Part shown: positions 10,554 to 19,975 of the stretch, piece after piece
Numbering within the stretch: position 1 is the first letter of the stretch
Layout of the letters: each line of letters opens with the position of its first letter
DNA from: Tubiluchus corallicola
Taxonomy: Eukaryota; Animalia; Priapulida
Length of the DNA stretch: 27,884 nucleotides
Direction of reading: 5' to 3'
Assembly (NCBI GenBank): GCA_030141605.1
Contig: JAQGDQ010001727.1
Location: forward strand, 1-27,884
The notes under the pieces: model-generated
What the model was told of the DNA's origin: nothing
The model's database searches: none
The model's input: only the letters and a program-made list of their open reading frames with translations
Made by a program: the position numbers and the translations under genes

Positions 10554-11089
10554 TTTTGCAACTCATTACCCGAGTGCCACCTGGACAAAAATGGAAACTT
10601 TGTGAGCAATGAAGCCATGATTCCTTTTTCAAATTATTGAACATAAGCATGAAAGTTCTTGCAGAAGCAGATCTGGAGAATTTATTTTGAACTGAGTTTC
10701 TAACATAATTTGCACCACGTTCACGGCCATTTGCCTCAAAATTTTGGACAATGAACAAACCACATTTCCAATTGGGCCACATTTTCAACGTCATGTATAA
10801 ACAAAGTTGTTAAATAAGTGAGTTACGTATTAATAATTAAGTACCACAAACTTCACTAAGTGTTCATGTATCTTTATATGGAGCTTAGGAACCAACAATG
10901 CCACATTTTCAGGAAGCAACTTACTGCACCCTTTGAGTGTCCCGTAATTTCTACAGATTCGTAAATCTTGGCAGGACAACATATTGTTGCATTATTTGTA
11001 GATTTAATTGTTGCACTAAATAATTCATTCCAGATCTGAATATTACTAAAGTAAAATTCCTATTAGCTTTAGCTGAAAATACCTTTCAT

Positions 11090-11369
11090 GACCAGACGGT
11101 TTAGTGTAGTGGCAATGCGTCTGCTTTCCGTCTGGGAGGTCGTGAGTTCGAACCAGCGGCCGGGTCATACCAAAGACTTTAAAAATGGTACCTGCTGTTG
11201 CTCTGCCTGACGCGTGGTATTTAGGGTAAAAGTGGGGTAATAATAGTCTCTGTTTTATAGTTGTAGGTTGTAATTTACAGTCGGTGATAATAGCTCTTTG
11301 AGCTAATGTTAATTGTTGATGCAAAAGCCGACTTTAAATAAAGATTATTATTATTATTATTATTATTAT
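11090..11369 (+). mobile_element. tRNA-derived SINE (right-arm copy)
   Basis: A box 11102-11112, B box 11144-11154; (ATT)n tail one unit shorter than in the left copy. Confidence 0.8.
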
Positions 11370-11401
11370 GAATTAATTTAAACCTAGGCGACGCTATATA
11401 C

Positions 11402-11762
11402 CTTGGTCGTATTTTCGGCAGGAAGCGAATAAATGGCAACGCATCAACAAGAAAGAAAACCACATTGCAAATATTTGTAGCATTGGAGTTTATGGCTCCC
11501 ATCAGCTTTTGAAACTCCATATCGTCATACTCGTACCGACTTCCGAATATAATCGAGCAGATGACATTTGACACGCTGTTGCCAAGCAACAGTTGGATGT
11601 CAAAGCACTCGATGCTTTTGCTCTTGCATTCAGCAAGAAAGCAGGATATCTCCTCTTTGATCTTCTGCTCGATGCTAACCTTTCCCATGCCAAATTCTCG
11701 CAGCTTGCTAAGAGCAAATTTTCGCTGTTCTTTCCATAGGCGACCTTCTGATAGCAGAAGCC
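11402..11762 (-). CDS. P450 exon 2, minus-strand copy
   Basis: ttatttag/GG acceptor; GLLLSEGRLWKEQRKFALSKLREFGMGK (WxxxR C-helix)...NVICSIIFGSRYEYDD...PKIRP; AG/gtatat donor; phase 1 to 2. Confidence 0.92.
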
Positions 11763-12096
11763 CTAAATAACAGTACTTATATTAATCAAGAAGGCCTACA
11801 TAACAATACATTATTAATCAATAAACTGAAAGACACAACTTGAAATGGTTGGTGTCGAGAAATACGCCAGTATGGCATATCACTAGTTATAGTATTTATA
11901 GCTGTTTATCCTATTTGAGCCACATAAATTTCATTGTATGTATTATGCTATAATGACAATAAATTGCTTACTTGCTTTGCCTGGAACTGTCCTGGCAAAC
12001 AGGTTTATGAATGAACATACAAGCCTGTAGGATAAGCAGTATTTGGCATTGTGCCAAATTGCCCACATAATTATCCAATTATTCTGACTCTATTAT

Positions 12097-12116
12097 TATA
12101 TATATATATATATATA
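12097..12116. repeat. (TA)n microsatellite at the outer breakpoint of the right arm
   Basis: About 10 TA units starting 6 nt beyond the end of arm homology. Confidence 0.9.
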
Positions 12117-12982
12117 ATGCGTACTCGATTAAAGTTAACATAGTAGCCCACCAAGTGCTATGTTATCTCCCAGCTACTAATCGGGGATATCCTTGGGCAC
12201 AGGTTAACTGGTACGTTTGACTATTTTATATTATTGTTTTAACCTAGTAATATAACGGAAACAATAAAGTCATAGTTTTTGTCGAAACGTTTATTATCAT
12301 TTATTGATCGATTGTACTAAAATGCTGTTAGGCCTTTATAAGGTAAAAGACCAATATGTCTCTTGTATACTTGGACAGAAGAAAATCATTTTCATTACTC
12401 TAAATTTAAATTTATGTTGTATTGTCATCATACGTTTTTGAGTTTTGGATAGTGCTGCCACCTTCAGGTGTTCTTGTTAAAATTGTCAAATATTTCTCTT
12501 TACTGTTTAAATTTCCATTGGCTTCTACAGTCTTTATGAATGCATAATCTCTAAACCTGTTTTCACACCTGTATGATTTCACCTGTAGTTTTTGGTCACT
12601 TGGTTTTCTGCATTTCAACATGACACTACTTCACTGTTTATGTAGACACTTCAGAATAAAATCTTGAAACTAAATTTCAAGTTTTTAGCTACTGTAGTTT
12701 TCAATATTTTAGAGCATTCCTTATTCTGAACTAATGTTTACACAATCATCCGGTTTTCCTTTAAAATCAAAAAGAAATAAAAACGCTGATAGCTTGTACC
12801 TATATTGAACCGCAACAAAGTCTTATGGCGCTTTCAGGTTAGTGAGGTTACTAACCAAGTTAACTCGCAAGTGTGTTCTGATTAGAGAGCAAAACCTGCT
12901 GTGAGTTACTCTCCTACAGTATAAGTGCAAGCTGACACTCACTTCTCTAATCACTGCAACAAGTGTTGACAGTAACTCACCA

Positions 12983-13145
12983 AGGCGTTCACACTAGACA
13001 GTAACACACAGGAAATCAACTGGCAGCAACCGTCGAAGAGTTTGCAATAATCTGTCGACAGTAACTCGCAAAGCAGTTCATACTTGAGAGTTCGCTGACA
13101 GAAAGAAAACTTTTGATAGAAGACTCGCTAGTGTGAAATGATCCT
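12983..13145. mobile_element. Possible small degenerate TIR element in P450 intron 1
   Basis: AGGCGTTCACACTAG ... CTAGTGTGAAATGATCCT inverted ends; GACAGTAAC-like motifs repeated inside and just to the left. Confidence 0.35.
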
Positions 13146-13892
13146 GTGTATAGCCTAGGTCTATAACACTACCACCTAAGTCTATAGAACAAGACAGCTC
13201 TAGAAAGTTTCTCACCCATCCACTCTGCACAAATGAAACATGGCGCTTCTTAAGTTTTCTGGATGAGTTTTGCTGTATGCTAGCAGCATGATGTTGGACA
13301 AGTGTGCACGACGTCAATGTGTGTGGTAATAGCAGCGGAATGTTTTGATTTTTTTACATTGTGTAGGATGCATTTCACATGACCACAGTGCACAGCGCTC
13401 ATTCGTTCCCTACACACCATGCATTTGACCTTCAGCTGACCTTACACTTTGACTTATTGGTAGAATTTGTTTATTTACTGAACATCTATTTTCAGCTTCG
13501 AGTCTGCCTTCAACCCTTTCAAACATGTCTGTATCCTACACCACAACAAGAATGCTCTTCAAAGAACTCAGGATAGATGTACTCATCTTGCTAGTGACCC
13601 TCTTTCTACTCTTGAGCAAAGACATAAGACTGTAGACCTTGTGAACTGCTTGAAAATAATTATCAGTGCTTTATCATCTGATAGTTTCAAAAGGCATTCG
13701 AGAGATTACCACTTACAGATAGTTACTATCAAGGTCCTTATTTCTTTGTATAACTGTATAAGGTATTCTTGGATAAGGTGTTAGTACAAGTGATAACATA
13801 GAGCTTTTACGGACATACTATAAAGGGTAATACTAAATAGCATTGCTAGCTAGAAACCTAGAAAATTAGAAAACGCTTAGAGTTGCACTTAC

Positions 13893-14268
13893 CATGCATG
13901 TTACCCTTAGCATCGCCATATGTGCGTGACAAAATGAAACTTGTGTGCCTACCAGAAAACACATCTCCAAATTTCAGAAAAGCTTCACGTCCCGTTTCGT
14001 AATCGTTTAGTACAACGTGGAAGGCATTACCCAAGTAAAGACCGAAAATATCGCCATAACGTTTCTTTAGGTCCATCAAGTAGTAGCCGATATGTTGTTT
14101 ACCTACAGATAACAATGAACCTACTAACGGAAGGCCGACTGGTCCTGGAGGTGCCCCACGCGGACGTCTTAAACGATTCCACGCTAGTAACACTATTAGG
14201 AATGCAGTAAATATTGAGAGTGCAGTTAAAGCACTTACAGACATCAGACGATCGAGAAAATAAAACAT
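13893..14268 (-). CDS. Cytochrome P450 (CYP2 clan) exon 1: membrane anchor and proline-rich hinge
   Basis: MFYFLDRLMSVSALTALSIFTAFLIVLLAWNRLRRPRGAPPGPVGLPLVGSLL...KRYGDIFGLYLG...VVLNDYETGREAF...FSGR: hydrophobic anchor, basic stop-transfer and PPGP hinge. Ends in phase 1 at CATG/gtaagt (13893), with an in-frame alternative donor at 13905. Start may be the ATG at 14268 or 14244. Confidence 0.93.
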
Positions 14269-14596
14269 AATTCTCTTCCAAACGTTTGTAATTCAACAAT
14301 TTCTACGGACAGTGTACAGTAACTGACTACTGCTTGTACGGTAGATAGCTGCGCCATCAGTTGGGCGAAACATCAAAATAAAAGTGTTTTTGGAGCGGCG
14401 ATTCGACCATCAAAGAACCAAGCGGCTGATGACTGTTATGGATGTATGCCACGCAAAAAGATCTCAATGGAACGTCTCTAATTCTGGAAAATATTTCATT
14501 TTCGGGAGTAGCTATAAGGACCAAATCACTGGCATTAGAAAGTTATTATGTGAACATATAATGGGTAGTGGTATAGCAACTTTAGCTTTAAAATTA

Positions 14597-15051
14597 TTTA
14601 TTGGCACTGTCTGACTTCTTTGGAACAAAATAGCGTGTAATACAGCAATGATAGTTCACAGAAGTTGTTACCTGTTTCAATATGCTTACTGTTTTCCACG
14701 AAGATCACGCTGCCAATACATGATATCACACAGAAACCATGAGAATGTCACAAGTATTTTTAAAATCCCTAAACAAGCGGCCATCTTGCATATAAGTGCC
14801 AAGCATTTCTAAATGACATTCAGCTCCCTGTTTTTTAATTCTCAAGCATTTCAATTTTTCAAAACATCTGACTACAAAATTCAACTGTCTCGACTTGCAC
14901 TGAAATTTCAACACACATACATGTAATTTCATTTACCAAACAGTTTTTAGTTTTTATTACCAAGCTGTAACCTCAAGTATGCTATTTCTTTAGAAAGAAA
15001 AGCAACAACAACTATCTCGTACATGTGATGAACAGCAACATTAAGTTTATT
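14597..15051 (-). terminator. Candidate polyadenylation signals of the giant-exon gene
   Basis: Minus-strand AATAAA at 15046-15051, 14953-14958 and 14597-14602; which one is used cannot be told from sequence. Confidence 0.35.
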
Positions 15052-16441
15052 TCATGTATTAGTAGTTGTTCAAGACAAAAGTTCTCAAAATCCATGCAAC
15101 CACATTGTAAATAATTACAATGATTTATAAAAGTGTGTACTATATAACTAATGCAGTAATCAGCACGCAGTATTCATCGTTTCTGTGAAATTGCTGCTGG
15201 TATGCAATAGTTTGAAAAATAAACAGTAAAGCAAGTTGTAGGTTATTTAGTGATTTCAACCACTAGGCTGTGAATTACGCAAATAAAGGTGAATCTAAAA
15301 AATCAGATCAGAAACAGTCTTCCGTTTCTGTGTAACACAGGATACAATATTTCATATCACCGATTTTTAAGCCATAAAATCTACAAAATTGCGTATGTGC
15401 ACATTATAACCTATAAGAGTTCTACACCATCGCTATGTTCGGTTGTACATTTCAAAAGAAATATAATAACAATATAATATAACAAACTTTAGCTCTCACA
15501 ATAAAAAAACCATGATTAGTATGACATTAAATATTTTGTAAGACAGAGCGAGACGAGAGAGAAATTCATAATAACAAAGCGGCTTGAATACAAAACCACA
15601 AATACATTATTAATTAGCCAAGAAAAGCAACGTTAAGTGATACTGTTCACTCTGTTCACAGCGACCATGTGACAGTGTTCACATTATTTAAGACCTAGCT
15701 ACATTTCAGTGACTAAGGTAATCCTTTAACCATATTACTGCTATCTTGTCACTATACCCCGTATAGAAAAGTCAATTCCTGCCCAATGCGCACAGACACT
15801 GTAGGCGTGGAATTTGTTTAAAACCTATGAGAATGTATCATCTACGCCACGTTTCACTTTCACCGATATGTACACCCAGATACAAAAATTTTAACAAAAT
15901 CAAACTGTACATTTAAACCTCTCTCTCCAAGAGAATAAAGCACACACTTTCTTCCTGTTATAACGGCGCAATAGTAAAGAAGTCTGGTCAAAAATCTGTT
16001 TTCACATACGCAATCCGACTGATCAGCAAATTTATAATTAATATAAATGTGGCTGGTGCTTACAAAAACAGACTTCTACCAGTATGTGAACCTTTGTAAC
16101 TCATAGACAAGTTTCGCAAACACATACGCTGTCTTTGATATATAAAAGCAAACGTATGTTGAATAAATACTATTCAGATATTTACAAGGAGTATAATATG
16201 ATTAAGATAATAATAAACTTTAGTTTGCATCAAGACAATTGATAATTATAAAAGCAATAGGAATCATCGAGTTTTTATGACCTAGTTAGAGTAGTTATTT
16301 TAGTAATTTTATATTAATGTGATTAAAATTTTTGAAGAAGAAGAAGAAAACAGGTCCAAAAGAAAACTCGTCTATGAGCTTTAGGAACGCCCGCATTGAA
16401 GAAAATGTGTGCTTTAATGTTAAATATTTATCACTGTGACA

Positions 16442-16550
16442 TCATTCTTCGCTCTTCTCTCGTGTGACGTCATCATCTGGATGTTGATGTGTATGGCTGG
16501 TCTGCGTCATGGTTACCGTACCTTGCATGTCTGCTTCATCAGTCATGTAC
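16442..16550 (-). CDS. Terminal coding exon of the same gene
   Basis: ttttcactttcag/G; (R)YMTDEADMQGTVTMTQTSHTHQHPDDDVTREKSEE*; phase matches the preceding exon. Confidence 0.78.
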
Positions 16551-17327
16551 CTGAAAGTGAAAATAATGGCCACGTAAATCTGGCGATATGTCAAAATTTT
16601 CTTATAGAATATACAATACTGTATCTTTTTACGTGAGCCCAAATTACAAGCTGGCTTCACTGACTTTATTATATTTTCACCGAATTCAAGTTCCGCAAAG
16701 CTCCTGGTTACAAAATTCCTTGCCCTCTGCCAATATGACTTCTATGCTTTGTTCACCAACTGATCTTACATCAGATCAGCCCTTGAAGATTCGAAAAATA
16801 ACCATTAGATTTGCTAACGGGGCACAAGCCATTGGATAAAAAACAATGGAATAGCAGCAAATATTACTCACAGCAAAGAGTTAAAATTAAGATTACAACA
16901 GCACTCAAATCAAGGTACACTGCAAATTCACCCTGAACAATTAACCCGTGACATTGATTCTCGTTACAACAGACTTGCAGTAATAGTTGAAGTCATGCCA
17001 AGTGAAGCTGAGGTTTTGCAGGTGCAACAGCAACTAACACACACAAAAATGGAATTATTATCAACAATGGCAAATGGAAAATTGGAACCAATATCAGATG
17101 TATCTACTAAGGAGATAAGAGGTACTATTCAAAAGGTCTATTATTTAAATTAGTCCAACAAGCAAAGCACTGTCACCAGGTGCATTTAACATAAGACATA
17201 GAAACAGAAACAGATTTCTGATGGTACCAATTCAACGAATTAGTGAGAACAACAAGCAAAAACAGAACCACCACCACCACCAGACAGATATCTACCAGGA
17301 AAAAAGTGACAGAATTTCAGCTGGTAC

Positions 17328-17477
17328 CTATCGATCAGAGCCTGCACGTCAGCATCAAGTTCACTGGGACGCTCGTCACCAGTGTCAGAAACGGAACTAT
17401 CGGTTGTTCTTATAACTTCTTCTCGGCCGTCGGGATGGCGGATTGTCTTAGTGTGTATTTGTTTTTTGACAATAATT
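17328..17477 (-). CDS. 150-nt exon of the same gene
   Basis: gattgcag/A...GATAG/gtacca; (R)IIVKKQIHTKTIRHPDGREEVIRTTDSSVSDTGDERPSELDADVQALID; phase 2 to 2. Confidence 0.75.
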
Positions 17478-17969
17478 CTGCAATCAGAATTGCTAACAAT
17501 CAACTCACTGTTATTGTGCACAAAAATGATAACAGCGCACAATCGGGGCTTGCCTATCTTAAAAGGCATAAGAATGAATACGAAAGATATCCTTTTGCTA
17601 CAATACTCCAAAGTGATCGAACAATTGTGGGTAAAAGAAATGCAATGAAGATTACGAAATCATCTTATCAAAGGTTTAAAAAGCAACTGAAATGTGGAAG
17701 TTACCTCACTGGTTTTAAAAAACTTTACTTAAACTTGTCCGTTTGTTCAAAAGACAATTAAAAAAATTACTTCACATGTTAAGGCAGTTAAATCTGGCAT
17801 CAAACATTTTTAATGATGGCGGTAGCTCTAATGCTAGGCAAAACATCAGAACTGCAACGAAACATATCCGACAAAATGAAAATAAACAGACAAGCCCACG
17901 CAGACACAAACACATTCACCTGCAAAGAGAGCCATTAAATGTTAGAAATTTAATATTTGATGATTATAC

Positions 17970-18039
17970 CTTGACTGCTTGGCGACACCGTCTTCTGGAG
18001 CAAGGCTTTCTTCACGTGGTACGTCGTCATCTGGAAATT
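17970..18039 (-). CDS. 70-nt exon of the same gene
   Basis: tgtcatttcag/AA...CAAG/gtataa; EFPDDDVPREESLAPEDGVAKQS; phase 1 to 2; a second in-frame AG lies 9 nt downstream. Confidence 0.75.
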
Positions 18040-19223
18040 CTGAAATGACAAACAAAAAATTCGACTATTCAAATGTTGATTCAACAAAAATTATACCTAC
18101 TGAGAAAAGTCAGAAAAACGACAGTGGGATACTTGGAAATGACAGATAACGGGGCCTAAACACATCATTATTGTGCCTTGACTTTAGATACACACCACTT
18201 AAAATATGGAAAGATTTTTTGTTTTGAATGCTGAGAATAAATGAAAAACCAACACCTTATTATGTGAAGCATTAATTTCAACCAAGCGGCCTTATTTCAC
18301 ATGTCCGAATGATGTTTCATGACACATCATCAATCAATAGTCAATTTCATTATCATTGACATTATCTTCAACTCTACTTACGACGTTATCAAAAAATACG
18401 GGGAGAATCAAGGCAAGTCATGAATTGCATAAAAGTAACCAGAAACATCCAGATCAGTAACATGTTTCTGGAAATGCAGAAAACTATAATAAAGCATTCA
18501 CAGTGCATGCAACAATGCAGAATGCAAAAAGCTGCTATGAAGTTTTTTATAGGAAACTATAGACACATGGGAAACTTTATGGTCACGCGAATGCCGGCAA
18601 TGAGGCATAGAAGCAAAGCTACTATATCACCTCAGTTGGTGGCTAAAATTATGACTTATCATAACTTACTTGCTATATTGGCATACATGCTGTATTAAGT
18701 GTAAATATAAAACTGCCAGAAGGCTTGTTTTATAGCAAATTTCTTTACTTAATTAGTTTTTAAAGGCAATTTGGCTTAATATAAGTCATTAATTCGCAAT
18801 GGCAAATTTCAAAGCCAGCTAACATTTAACACAGAAGAGGACAGGTACGGATGACTTCATGGCAAGCTTATGTAACTAAATAAAGATGATTGGGGTATCT
18901 TTGCACCCCATTGCCAGTAGGCGAGGGTTAATAGTTCTGCACACTGGCAGTCTGTGTTCAGCACACTAGTGTGTAGATTAACAATGCTGATGAAACAAAA
19001 TCTCACTTGCTAACAAAGAGAATCCTCTAGGACAAGACACTGAACTGGCAAACCTGTATATTCATTTTTCCTCAATGATAGAAACATCCAGGACAGTATA
19101 GAGGAAATTTTTTGTTCACCAAGCCATTCACTAGCCAAGTTCAGATGGTGATTAACTTCATAGAAATGCATGCATTATGAACACGAAACTATTTCACTAG
19201 CATAGAGAATGCAACTGACTTAC

Positions 19224-19265
19224 CAGATTCTGTTACTTCCTGTGATGGTCCTTTCGCACCTTCTT
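19224..19265 (-). CDS. 42-nt symmetric exon of the same gene
   Basis: ctctaatacag/AA...TCTG/gtaagt; EEGAKGPSQEVTES; phase 1 to 1. Confidence 0.75.
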
Positions 19266-19975
19266 CTGTATTAGAGAAACAGGACACAAAAAATATAAGA
19301 AAGTTACAAAAATGCGAAATACTAAAATACGTTAATACTTTGTAAATCATTTAAAAAGATTTCTTGCTCTTTCTGATGAACATGCAAAAAATTAAGCTTT
19401 AACGCTTTCAAAACTTCACCATGCGTAGTGTTACCACATGTAGCAGAATAATAAAGATACGAGACAATCAGATTTGTGGAGAAATAGAAAAATCTAATTG
19501 AAGTAAAATAAGCATGATTATGGGCATCAACAATAACAGCTATTTTCAAATAGACAAAGAAAATTAATAACATTGCAAATAAAGTAATAAAACTGCTTCA
19601 CATATAGCCCACATACAAGATGGACAATATCGATCATAATACTGAAGACACTGTAAACAAATGCACGGCAACAAATGCATAAACATACTAAAAACACCAA
19701 AAATCATGCAAAAAACATCATCAGCGTATATGCAATCATAAAAACTAGCACTGTAAAATAAAAATTAATTCTGGAATTCTAATAAATCAGAAAGCTAAGA
19801 ATAAAATAAAAAAACCTTGTCGTGCATAAATGAATGCAAATGTGCTGCATGACTGAAAAACAGACTGAATGACTGCATGTGTAAAACAAAAGACGAGTGC
19901 ACGAAATAAAAGTGTCCATCATGCGTAAAGTACACCTACATAGACATCCAACACGGCATGTCTACATGGTGGTAC

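Larger units (their letters stand above)
6742..12091 (-). repeat. Right arm of ~5.35-kb inverted duplication
   Basis: Mirror-image ORF track and direct reverse-complement comparison with 56-5407. Confidence 0.97.

Noticed and set aside
11090-11165. tRNA gene
   Set aside because: Has A and B boxes but no convincing acceptor stem, and continues into a SINE core and tail.
13280-13440. Minus-strand Cys/His-rich frame KCMVCRERMSAVHCGHVKC in intron 1
   Set aside because: Short, flanked by stops, no clear splice sites or recognisable zinc-finger spacing; at most a decayed fragment.
17221-18048. Plus-strand ORFs including the 172-aa 17243-17761
   Set aside because: Antisense to phase-consistent minus-strand exons and without recognisable domains.
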